A program made the position numbers and the translations under genes. This document shows positions 16,742 through 25,700 of a stretch of DNA of 64,000 nt, piece after piece. How positions within the stretch are numbered: the stretch's first letter is position 1; each line of letters opens with the position of its first letter. Location of the stretch: positions 31,019 through 95,018 of the forward strand of contig JAWODC010000049.1 of assembly GCA_046483495.1 (NCBI GenBank). The letters are read 5' to 3'. The DNA comes from Desulfobacterales bacterium (GTDB lineage: Bacteria > Desulfobacterota > Desulfobacteria > Desulfobacterales > UBA5616). The notes below the pieces were generated by a model that did not search any database, was not told the DNA's origin, and worked only from the letters and a program-made list of their open reading frames with translations.

Positions 16742-16977
16742 TCCAAAACGAAAACAGCTTAAATTTTGAAGATCATCAGGGGCAGGACAAAAATGCAATT
16801 TTGGGTAAGGAATATTCTCCGTAAAAAGGTGCGGATCGGAAGGCTTCAGATCTTTTCCAAAACGGCGGCGAGATCTTCCGGCGTCACTATTTCGGCGAAT
16901 CGTTTGCCGTTTTTGCTTCTCTCTTTATACATGTTCAGGCATAGGGAAACAATGTCGAGGACTTCTTCTTCAGAGAT

Positions 16978-18450
16978 TTATTCCAGATAATCCATAATGA
17001 TGGGTGCTGCGCGGAGGGCGCTTTCAGCGGCGAGTTCCGTGCCGATGTTGTCCTTTCCCACATCCGCTCCCACGTGGAATAACCCTTCGATCGGGGATGT
17101 AATGGACGGCCTGTCGGCTCCGACCTGGCCTACCACCTGGGCAAGTCCGATGATGTCCGACTGAAACCTTCCGCTGTATCCCTTGATTCCCGATCCTTTG
17201 ATGACATCCCACCACAGCACGTTTTCGGCAATTCCCGGGAAAATCACGTCAAGCTCTTCGATCCGTTGATTCACATGAGCCTTTATATCACCGTTGGGGT
17301 CCGGCATGACTCCCGGGAAATTTAAGAGCTGCCTTCCGGGCGGGGCAAGGGAGGGATCCATATTGGAGGGGATGGGCATGAAAATAGAGAAACGGTTCAG
17401 CATTTCCTGATCGTCTTTATATCCAAACGCCGTAGAAATGTCGCCGGCCGTTGCGGACGCCTGCATGCCTGTGGGAATGCCGAAAACCACCGGCGGTTCG
17501 ACAACCGGCTGTTTGAGCAAAACTTTTATATTGAGAAAATTGTCCATGAAGAGATCCGTTCCAAAAACACCGCACGAAAGGTTTTCAACATACGCCACAT
17601 ACGACGGCGAAAGGGACTTATGAGGAAGCATTGTTTGCACGGTTTCCTTGAGTCCGGCATTTGAAACGACCGCTTTTGCGTGGATTTCTTCCCCCGTTTT
17701 CAACGTTACGCCGTTTGCGCGGCCGTTTTCGACCCGAATCGATGCGACCGGAGAGCCGGTTTTTACGTGACCGCCGTAGTTGCGGATAACGGCGGCAAAT
17801 CCATCCGGAATGGCCTGGCACCCGCCCATGGGGTATCCCAGGTTGCGTTTCAGGTGCCAGTTTTGGGTCATGCGGATGACTTCACCGGCGCTGGCCTCGA
17901 ATGCAGCCACAACCCCCATGAGCATGCTGCGGTGGTTATGAAGGGACAGCAAAGCGGGGTGGGAGGAATATGTTTTAAGCCATTCTTCATATGCAACGGC
18001 GTCCAATTGATGGGTTTTTTCAAGCGGCATGTGGTAAATGTCATGATTCAATTTCAGCGCCGCTTGATAGTCTTCTTCCGGCATTTCAAATCCTTTTAAC
18101 GTGTTTTGCATATCCTCTTCCGATGCCACACTGAGATCCGGATATACATATGAACGGCCGCCGAACAGTAAAATCGGCTTATTGGCGGGGTCCGCATGCC
18201 AGAATTCAACGGCCTTCGGCATACCGGTCAGGTCGAGTATCCGGCCGAACGGCCCTTTTTCACAGGAAGCGAACATGTGAATGAATGCATCGATAATGCA
18301 GCCGTTTTTGCGATAGCTCACGCATCGGCCCCCTATGGAACCGCCCCTTTCCAGGACGAGAACTTTTGCGCCGGCGTGAGCAAGAAGTGCGGCACACCCA
18401 AGCCCCCCGATACCTGCCCCGATTACGATTACATCCACGTTTTTATCCAT
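16978..18450 (-). CDS. NAD(P)/FAD-dependent oxidoreductase, phytoene-desaturase (CrtI)-like family
   Basis: Dinucleotide-binding N-terminus DVIVIGAGIGGLGCAALLAHAGAKVLVLERGGSIGGRC. 490 aa amine-oxidase/CrtI-like architecture. Confidence 0.75.
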   Translation of the reverse strand: MDKNVDVIVIGAGIGGLGCAALLAHAGAKVLVLERGGSIGGRCVSYRKNGCIIDAFIHMFASCEKGPFGRILDLTGMPKAVEFWHADPANKPILLFGGRSYVYPDLSVASEEDMQNTLKGFEMPEEDYQAALKLNHDIYHMPLEKTHQLDAVAYEEWLKTYSSHPALLSLHNHRSMLMGVVAAFEASAGEVIRMTQNWHLKRNLGYPMGGCQAIPDGFAAVIRNYGGHVKTGSPVASIRVENGRANGVTLKTGEEIHAKAVVSNAGLKETVQTMLPHKSLSPSYVAYVENLSCGVFGTDLFMDNFLNIKVLLKQPVVEPPVVFGIPTGMQASATAGDISTAFGYKDDQEMLNRFSIFMPIPSNMDPSLAPPGRQLLNFPGVMPDPNGDIKAHVNQRIEELDVIFPGIAENVLWWDVIKGSGIKGYSGRFQSDIIGLAQVVGQVGADRPSITSPIEGLFHVGADVGKDNIGTELAAESALRAAPIIMDYLE

Positions 18451-18959
18451 TGTTTTCTCCTTTTTCGTAAATGTTGCACTTGCTTTGCTGACATGTTCGC
18501 CTTTTTGTAATGTTTATCGGCTTTGATGGGGTTAAATTGTCAAAAACCGGGACAAAACCCTTTCTTGCAATTGCTTCTGCGGGACAAAAACGGCTCCATT
18601 AAGAAGAAGAATGGACGACATGTTCGTTCAACACGACGGTATCGGTGCTGTCGAAATCTGAAGGAAAATGCTGAAAATATTTTTCATATTACCAGCGGGT
18701 ACCAGGCATTACAATATCTATTTCGTATACACACGGTTTCCGTGGGGATCAAAAAACTCATTGACAATAATACCAAATCGGCTAAACACTAAACACTTGC
18801 AATGGTCGAAGAATCGGCCATGCGTCTACACCGCAACGGCCGACACGGTTTTCAGCACCTCCAATCGGGTTCGAAAAAAATAATACGATTCGCCATTTGA
18901 CATAGGACGTTGTCGGCACCGGCAAAAACTGCTGGAAACCTCATCTTCAGGAGAAATCT

Positions 18960-20105
18960 ATGGACATTGCCATCGAAGGGTTTGTTGCCCCGGGATTTGA
19001 ACGGGTGAAAGAGGCGTTTGCCGCAAACTGGGAGGGGTATGAGGTCGGCGCAAGTTGTGCCGTGGTGCACAAGGGGAAGTGGGTGGTCGATCTATGGGGA
19101 GGCTACCGGCAAAGGGATCTGCAAAAGCCATGGCAAAAGGATACTCTGGTGAACGTGTATTCCACCACCAAGGGAATGGCCGCCCTGACAATCGCCATAC
19201 TTGTCGATGAGGGAAGGCTGGATTACGATGACCGTGTCGTGGATTATTGGCCGGAATTCGGTGCCAACGGCAAAGAAAAGGTCACGGTGGCCCAGGTGCT
19301 CTCTCATCAGGCCGGCATTTGCGGGGTGAGCGAAAGGATTACCAACGCGGATCTCTATGACTGGGAAAAGATGACACGGCTTCTGGCAGAGCAGAAACCT
19401 TTTTGGGAACCGTGCAAGACGGCCGGATATCATGCCGTGACATGGGGATATCCCGCCGGAGAAATCGTCCGTAGGGTGACCGGCAAAACATTGGGGACCG
19501 TTTTTCGCGAGAAGGTGGCCAAGCCGTTGAATGCCGATTTCTTCATCGGTCTGCCGGATGCAGAGATGGACCGGGTAGCCGACCTTGTGGGGCCGAATCG
19601 TGCAAGGGTTCCTCAAAAACCGGTCTTAAACCCCGAAGTGCCGCGGTTTTATTCCGTGGCCCTGATGAATCCCGGTATTCGGCCCTTCAAAGATGCGTGC
19701 TCCACTGCATGGCGCAAAGCGGAAATCCCGGCCGCGAACGGTCAGGCAAACGCCAGGGCCATCGCCCGAATTTACGGAGCCCTCGCAAACGGCGGTGAAA
19801 TCGAAGGCATTCGGATCATCAGCAAGGCCGGCATCGACCGGGCCGTCCGGGAGGAAATCGTTGTGCCGGAAGATCCCGTAACCGGCAGTCCCATGCGATT
19901 CGCCCGTGGTTTTATGCTGAATGTGGAGGACAATTACGGGCCCAATCCGGACTCATTCGGCCATGGGGGAGCCGGCGGGTCCATTGGATTTGCCGATCCC
20001 GAAGCCAACATCGCCGTGGGATACGCTATGAATCAGATGCAGGTGAATCCGGATGACGAACCGCGCGCCGGTTTTTTGGTGGACGCGGTGTATAAAAGCA
20101 TTTAG
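18960..20105 (+). CDS. serine hydrolase, beta-lactamase/esterase (class C-like) family
   Basis: SxxK motif in VYSTTKGMAALTIAILV. 381 aa, AGGAG upstream. Confidence 0.8.
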   Translation: MDIAIEGFVAPGFERVKEAFAANWEGYEVGASCAVVHKGKWVVDLWGGYRQRDLQKPWQKDTLVNVYSTTKGMAALTIAILVDEGRLDYDDRVVDYWPEFGANGKEKVTVAQVLSHQAGICGVSERITNADLYDWEKMTRLLAEQKPFWEPCKTAGYHAVTWGYPAGEIVRRVTGKTLGTVFREKVAKPLNADFFIGLPDAEMDRVADLVGPNRARVPQKPVLNPEVPRFYSVALMNPGIRPFKDACSTAWRKAEIPAANGQANARAIARIYGALANGGEIEGIRIISKAGIDRAVREEIVVPEDPVTGSPMRFARGFMLNVEDNYGPNPDSFGHGGAGGSIGFADPEANIAVGYAMNQMQVNPDDEPRAGFLVDAVYKSI

Positions 20106-20188
20106 GTAGTGTCCATTCAGAAATAGGCACTTTCGTGAACCCGGAAATCGATTTTAAATGGAAAAAAAGCATTACCAGGAGTACCCTT

Positions 20189-21124
20189 ATGGCGGCTGAC
20201 ATACCCTTCGTACAGGAATTTGAATTCCAATATGAAAGAATTGAACGCCTCAGCCCGTTGATTCGAAGGATCGTGGCCGACAATCCGAATTTCTTTTCAT
20301 TTTTCGGAACCAATACGTACATTATCGGGCAGGGAGAGGTCGCATTGATCGACCCGGGTCCCGACCTCCCGAAACACATTGACGCGATTGTCAAGGGGTT
20401 GGCGGGTGAGGTCGTTACACACATTTTTGTCACGCATACGCATTTTGACCATTGGCCTGCATTTAAATCGCTGCAAGCCGCTTTCGGGGCAAAGACGTAT
20501 GGGTATGCCGGTGAAGCAGAAGAAGGCCCGGACCAGGGGCTTGACCTCATGGAATTCCGCGATTTCGCCAATCAGGAACGTTTCGAAATGACGGGTTTCA
20601 CTCCGGACATTCATGTCGAGCACGGTGATGTCATAACCGGCAACGGGTGGTCGGTGGAATGTGTTTTTACACCGGGACATGCATCGAATCACATGTGTTA
20701 CCAGCTTCGCGAAGAAAAAGCCCTGTTCAGCGGGGATCACGTCATGGGTTGGTCGACAAGCGTCATATCGCCTCCTTCGGGTAATATGGAAAATTATATG
20801 AGCAGTCTGGATTTGCTGCTGCAGCGGAATGACCGCCGGTATTGGCCGGCCCACGGTCCCGGAATCACGGATACGAAGCATTTTGTGAGGACTTTCATTG
20901 CGCACCGGCAGGAACGCGAGGAGCAGATCCTGGATCAACTGAAAAGGGGCGTCAATACAATATCCGCAATGGTGTCCGATATGTACTCCGATGTTCCCGA
21001 TTTCCTTCATCCGGCCGCCGAACGGTCGGTGCTGGCGGCGATCATCTACATGATAAAAAAGGGATTCATCACCTGTAAAGGCGACGTGTCCGTTCATTCC
21101 AAGTTCCATTTAACACAATTTTGA
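20189..21124 (+). CDS. MBL-fold metallo-hydrolase
   Basis: ORF 20135..21124 trimmed to ATG 20189 (AGGAG 8 nt upstream). Metal-binding box FVTHTHFDHW, then TPGHASNH. Confidence 0.8.
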   Translation: MAADIPFVQEFEFQYERIERLSPLIRRIVADNPNFFSFFGTNTYIIGQGEVALIDPGPDLPKHIDAIVKGLAGEVVTHIFVTHTHFDHWPAFKSLQAAFGAKTYGYAGEAEEGPDQGLDLMEFRDFANQERFEMTGFTPDIHVEHGDVITGNGWSVECVFTPGHASNHMCYQLREEKALFSGDHVMGWSTSVISPPSGNMENYMSSLDLLLQRNDRRYWPAHGPGITDTKHFVRTFIAHRQEREEQILDQLKRGVNTISAMVSDMYSDVPDFLHPAAERSVLAAIIYMIKKGFITCKGDVSVHSKFHLTQF

Positions 21125-21160
21125 TTCACTACGGGCAATTCCAAAAAAGGAGTCTGTGAC

Positions 21161-21682
21161 ATGAAAGAAGTTCCTGAATATGAAAACTATCCAGTCAGTG
21201 AAGCCGAAATGGGCAAGCGATTTAAGAATTGGACCCAGGCTCTGGCGGACCAGATGGCGGTGCTTTACCGGGTGGGGAAGGAAATCGGGGGAGAAAAATT
21301 TGTAGACAGGCTGAAGGAGGAGTATTTCAAAATCGGACAGGAAAGAGCCCGCGCCTTGATGGCCCTTACCGGGACCACAAGGGAGGATTATAAAAACTGT
21401 TCGGGCGGCTTGCCGAATATCTGCAATCTGATCGACGATGCCATGGCGAATTTCTGGGACGGCTACATTGAAAATTCGGAAACGGCATTCGAGAAGGAAA
21501 TCAAAACCTGTCCGGTTGTCAAGCAGTGGTCCAATGAACCGGAAATCTGCGATGTGTTGTTGCGCGAATTCGTCAAAGGCGTGGCGCATGAACTGAATCC
21601 GAATTACCACACCGATGGGTTCAGCAAGCTGCTCGTATCCGGAGACGACTGCTGCCGGTATCGCCTCGAACTGAAGGCTTAA
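21161..21682 (+). CDS. L-2-amino-thiazoline-4-carboxylic acid (ATC) hydrolase-like family protein
   Basis: The C-terminal pattern TCPVVKQW...ICDVLLREFVKGVAHELNPNYHTDGFSKLLVSGDDCCRYRLE parallels the clearer family member at 37623..38099. Confidence 0.45.
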   Translation: MKEVPEYENYPVSEAEMGKRFKNWTQALADQMAVLYRVGKEIGGEKFVDRLKEEYFKIGQERARALMALTGTTREDYKNCSGGLPNICNLIDDAMANFWDGYIENSETAFEKEIKTCPVVKQWSNEPEICDVLLREFVKGVAHELNPNYHTDGFSKLLVSGDDCCRYRLELKA

Positions 21683-21791
21683 GCAGCAGTCTTGCCGGAG
21701 GCGACGCTGCTCTGCAACCATCTACAACCAAGTGCCGGTTCAAAATAAAGCCGGTGCTGATCACTGGATGCTCGTTTTTGTCGCGCTCCGA

Positions 21792-22601
21792 TCAGAGCGA
21801 AATCCCGCCGTCCACCGCCACTACGGCACCGGTAATCATCCGGGCTTTATCGGAGGCGAAAAATACGGCGAGATGGCCGATGTCCTCCGGGGTTTGTTCT
21901 TCACCGAGGGGCGTCAGTTGCGCGACAACCCCTTCAAATACTTCACGCTGGGGCACATCGGCTAGATTTGGATCATTTTCTTTCATCGTGGCCGTCAGCA
22001 TTTCCCAGGCCCTGGTCCACAAGAGACCGGGGCAGATGCAGTTCACGCGTATTCGCCTGGGTGCAAATTGACTGGCGTGCGTTTTGGTCAGATGAATGAC
22101 CCCGGCCTTGGCGGCCCCGTAGGCGGGCAGCGTCACAGAGGGTCCGAGTCCCGCAATCGAGGCGATGTTGACGATGCTGCCGCCCTCCGCCATTTTTGGA
22201 GCGACGGCAATGGTGGATGCGAAGGTCGTTCTCAGGTTGGAGACGAGGTGCATGTCCCAGAGCTCATCGCTCATGACGGGGTTCAGAAGCTGTCCGCCCG
22301 CCAACTCGACCGGGGGTTGAGGGTCACCCACTCCGGCGTTATTGACCAACACATCGATACCGCCGTACTGAGAAACGATTTGGTCCGCCGCCTTTGCCAT
22401 GACTTCCTGGTTCGAGGCATCGGCAATCATTCCCTTCACATCCCCCGGCATGGCCGCAGCGGTTTCATCGACGGGTGCGCCGATAAGGTCGGTAATAATA
22501 ACCCTGGCATTCTCCAAGGCGAAACAGCGGGCGATCCCGGCACCGATGCCGTTCGGAAAACCGGCGCCCGTTATCACGACGACTTTATGGTTCAAATTCA
22601 T
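21792..22601 (-). CDS. SDR-family oxidoreductase
   Basis: VVVITGAGFPNGIGAGIA cofactor loop, NNAG, catalytic YGAAKAG. Confidence 0.85.
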   Translation of the reverse strand: MNLNHKVVVITGAGFPNGIGAGIARCFALENARVIITDLIGAPVDETAAAMPGDVKGMIADASNQEVMAKAADQIVSQYGGIDVLVNNAGVGDPQPPVELAGGQLLNPVMSDELWDMHLVSNLRTTFASTIAVAPKMAEGGSIVNIASIAGLGPSVTLPAYGAAKAGVIHLTKTHASQFAPRRIRVNCICPGLLWTRAWEMLTATMKENDPNLADVPQREVFEGVVAQLTPLGEEQTPEDIGHLAVFFASDKARMITGAVVAVDGGISL

Positions 22602-22666
22602 GGTCTGCTCCTCTATTCGAGTGTTTGATATCCGGCAAGTCTATGGACGGCTTCTTGAAATCAATG

Positions 22667-22700
22667 AAAAAACAGAAAGGTGATGCAAGCTAATGCATCA
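22667..22700 (-). terminator. putative terminator after the polyferredoxin gene
   Basis: Minus strand: TGATGCA-TTAGCT-TGCATCA (7-bp stem) followed by CCTTTCTGTTTTTT. Confidence 0.4.
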
Positions 22701-22770
22701 ACTCTTATCCAAATTTCTTCCCGCAGGCAAGGCAAAAATGTTGCTCATTCGAAGCGCGGCGGCCACGGGC

Positions 22771-24333
22771 TTAAAACGGAAAATCGCCATCGAAAGCCGA
22801 TTCTTCGGGAATGGCTTCCGATTCTGGTTTTTTGGCCGTTTTATGAACCGCATTGCTTTTAACGTAGATCGCTTTGTATGGTTTTGTAGGGCATGCAAAT
22901 TCGCAGGCACCGCATCCCACGCATATTGCCTCATCGATTCGGGGTGCCGATTTGTTGGTGTTCGTATCGAGCACCATGCGAACGGCTTTGGTGGGGCAAT
23001 GTTCCGCGCAGGCGCCGCAGTCCGTTTTTTGGGTGTACACGATGCAGTTCTTCTGAATGAAGGTTGCCGTGCCGAGCTGAACCGTCTTTTTCGCATCCAA
23101 TTTTTGAGGTACAATCGCACCGGTAGGGCAAACCGTAGAACAGGCGACGCAGTCAAAGTTGCAGTAATTTTTGCCGTAATCCATACGAGGCTGCATAATG
23201 CCCGATAATCCGTATTCGAGAAACGCCGGCTGCAGCACTTGGGTGGGACAGGCCGCCACGCACAGCTGGCATGCCGTGCACTTGCGGGTATAATTCGCAA
23301 GAGAAAACGAGCCCGGCGGCGTGATGCCGGGTTGTCGGGGTACGGGGACGGTGCTCTTCCGATACGATTCGATGGGCTGCTGTGCAATGCCCGATGTGGT
23401 GTTTGAAGCGCACCAAAAAGCCGTAGCCGTAAGGATGAATTTTCTTTTTTCAGGATCTTTCAGGGCAGCCGGTTCGGAAGAAACAACGCGCCATCGATAT
23501 CCGATACCGGAGCCCGGGCATGCTGAAAAGCAGTTGTAGCACGAAACGCATCTCGAAAAATCGACCTCCTTGGCATCCAGGTTAATGCACCCGGCCTTGC
23601 ATACCCTCTCACAGGCTCTGCACGTGATGCAATTTTCATCATCGAAACCGATTTTGAACAGGGAAAACCGCGACAGCAGGCCCAAAAAGGCGCCGACCGG
23701 GCAAATGGTGTTGCAAAACAGCCTGCCGTGAAAAAAACTCATCCAAAAGACAAGCGCCAACACGGCCAAACTGAAGACAACCGGAAAGAAGCCGGTTTTC
23801 ACAGGATCGATCGGAAACAGTGCGTACACATCGAACGTGGACAGTGCATACACCAGGGTGTTGTTCAGCCACACGGCGGCCGGCCTGATAATGTGGGTCA
23901 TGATTCTTCCGAAGTTGCTGTATGGGTCTGTCAGAATCACGCCCGTGACCGATCCCGAGAGAAAAAGGGTCAAAACCCCCGCCAGTATTCCGTAATGGAG
24001 TGCTGGATGGGGGCGCTTATAGGCATACTTCCGATGCGCTCTTTTTTTCCGGCCGAAAGCGATGATATCCTGCAGCACCCCAAGCGGACATAAAAAGGAG
24101 CAGTATACTCTGCCGAACCCAAGGGTAAGCATGATAATGAAAATAAACCCGGCAGCGGTCAATGCAGCGGCAGTCCAAAACTTCAGCAGGGAAGGCAAAA
24201 ACTGGACGTACACGGCCGAATCGAAGACAATACGGGGAAGCGCGAGCCCCAAACCCAGAAAGGTCAGCGAAAGGGTCGAGAATAGAAGGATTGAAGCAGG
24301 CACCCTGACCTTCTTCAAAAATGGAAGCCTCAT
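22771..24333 (-). CDS. membrane-bound polyferredoxin (NapH/MauN-like N-terminus plus multiple 4Fe-4S domains)
   Basis: N-terminal TM helices with GRVYCSFLCPLGVLQD and GRLFCNTICPVGAF. At least four CxxCxxCxxxCP-type motifs (CITCRACERVCKAGC, CTACQLCVAACP, CGACAEHCP, CVGCGACEFACP). ATG lies 2 nt after the stop of the upstream DUF362 gene. Confidence 0.8.
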   Translation of the reverse strand: MRLPFLKKVRVPASILLFSTLSLTFLGLGLALPRIVFDSAVYVQFLPSLLKFWTAAALTAAGFIFIIMLTLGFGRVYCSFLCPLGVLQDIIAFGRKKRAHRKYAYKRPHPALHYGILAGVLTLFLSGSVTGVILTDPYSNFGRIMTHIIRPAAVWLNNTLVYALSTFDVYALFPIDPVKTGFFPVVFSLAVLALVFWMSFFHGRLFCNTICPVGAFLGLLSRFSLFKIGFDDENCITCRACERVCKAGCINLDAKEVDFSRCVSCYNCFSACPGSGIGYRWRVVSSEPAALKDPEKRKFILTATAFWCASNTTSGIAQQPIESYRKSTVPVPRQPGITPPGSFSLANYTRKCTACQLCVAACPTQVLQPAFLEYGLSGIMQPRMDYGKNYCNFDCVACSTVCPTGAIVPQKLDAKKTVQLGTATFIQKNCIVYTQKTDCGACAEHCPTKAVRMVLDTNTNKSAPRIDEAICVGCGACEFACPTKPYKAIYVKSNAVHKTAKKPESEAIPEESAFDGDFPF

Positions 24334-24335
24334 AT

Positions 24336-25259
24336 TTATAAAACGATGCGGTCGATGTTGAGCTTCTTCAGGTCCATGGTCCCGGCACCCAATCGATCGG
24401 CGATGGTAATATAGGGCACGTCCGCAGGGTCTATGCCGAACAGTTTGGCCGCAGCCGTGTCCGCCGCAACCATATCCGTCGCTATGATCTGAGATTTCAT
24501 GGTGACCAGATCGGCGGTGGATACACCCCTAGGCCCGTTTTGCTTCATCACGAAGTAGGCGTCGATGATGTTCAGATCCGGTTTTCGAAAGGCGGCAAAA
24601 TCGGCAATGCACTGGTGCAGGTCGTTTCGATGCCAGAATCGCCTGTCCCAGACAATGCCCATAAGGTTTTTCATGGCAATCGTCAGCTTGGCGCCGCCGT
24701 GGCTCTTCAGGACGGGCACATTGATGAATACATCCGAATCGAGTACCAGTTCGTGCACTTTGGCATGGCTGAGGCTTTTTCCACCGGGAATGTCGACACG
24801 CTGATAGTATCTTTCCGTATTTCCCGGCACCATTTTGCCGCCCGCCTCCTTGACGGCATGTTCGATGCCGCTGTTTGCGTAGCTCTTCGACCAGTTGTCA
24901 CAGGTATGGTCGAACACATAAACACTTTTCGCGCCGGCATTCAGACATGCTTTGACAACATGCTTTACCAATCCCGGGTGTGTATTGCCGGCCCTTTCAG
25001 GCGGCACATCCCATCCGATATTGGGCTTGACCAAAACGGTCCGGTTTGGTTTGACAAAATGGCTTATTCCCCCCAGCGACTGAATCGCACGGTCGAACAT
25101 GATCTCCGGCTCTGCGCCCTTGATTGCCACCATGTCGAATAGGGTATTCGCCTGCGGTGCATCTGCGGCGGAGCTCCACGGGCGGTTTCCAAAAACGAGG
25201 TAGGCGCCCGCCCCCATGCCGATTTGCAGGCTTTTTTTCAAAAAGGTTCGTCGTTTCAT
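24336..25259 (-). CDS. DUF362 domain protein with twin-arginine (TAT) signal peptide
   Basis: MKRRTFLKKSLQIGMGAGAYLV is a TAT motif. DUF362 blocks: TVLVKPNIGW, NVPVLKSHGGAKLTIAMKNLMGIV, NIIDAYFVMKQNGPRG, IIATDMVAADTAAAKLFG. Confidence 0.8.
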   Translation of the reverse strand: MKRRTFLKKSLQIGMGAGAYLVFGNRPWSSAADAPQANTLFDMVAIKGAEPEIMFDRAIQSLGGISHFVKPNRTVLVKPNIGWDVPPERAGNTHPGLVKHVVKACLNAGAKSVYVFDHTCDNWSKSYANSGIEHAVKEAGGKMVPGNTERYYQRVDIPGGKSLSHAKVHELVLDSDVFINVPVLKSHGGAKLTIAMKNLMGIVWDRRFWHRNDLHQCIADFAAFRKPDLNIIDAYFVMKQNGPRGVSTADLVTMKSQIIATDMVAADTAAAKLFGIDPADVPYITIADRLGAGTMDLKKLNIDRIVL

Positions 25260-25586
25260 GTGTCCTCTTTTCCAATTTTGTTAGTTGTAATAGTTGCATA
25301 CATGCCGGTTTGCTGCAAGCGAATTTGTGAAACCCGAACTTTTTCGGATGCATCAGGCATGCTTGACGAAATTCAACTTTATGGAGTAAGTATGATTTTA
25401 TCGGGAACATCCAAACGGTTGAATGCCTGTTACCCCAAAATCGATACCAATCGCCTAAGGCCCGATTCGGAAGCTTGCGCATAAAAAGCAGCACCCGGTC
25501 TTAAGAAAGAAATGGCGGTTTTGCCGTCTGCTCCATTAAGCGCGTAATAATCTGATCTCGATGTGACCCCGGCCTGCATCTATGGC

Positions 25587-25614
25587 AGCGCCGGCATTCG
25601 GCGCTTGGTTTTTT
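25587..25614 (+). terminator. orphan rho-independent terminator in an intergenic region
   Basis: AGCGCCG-GCATT-CGGCGCT (7-bp GC stem) followed by TGGTTTTTT. It lies 87 nt upstream of the next plus-strand gene, with no annotated gene ending here. Confidence 0.45.
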
Positions 25615-25700
25615 GAGAGAAAGGGAAATAAACGGTTCAGCTGGTCTGAACATCGTTCGAATGGCCTTGTATTTCACCCATTATCATTGAAGGAGGCTCT

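Noticed and set aside
18867-18880. GGGTTCGAAAAAAA resembling a tRNA T-arm (also CGTTCGAATGG near 25650).
   Set aside because: No complementary acceptor stem, D-arm or anticodon arm can be built around either site.
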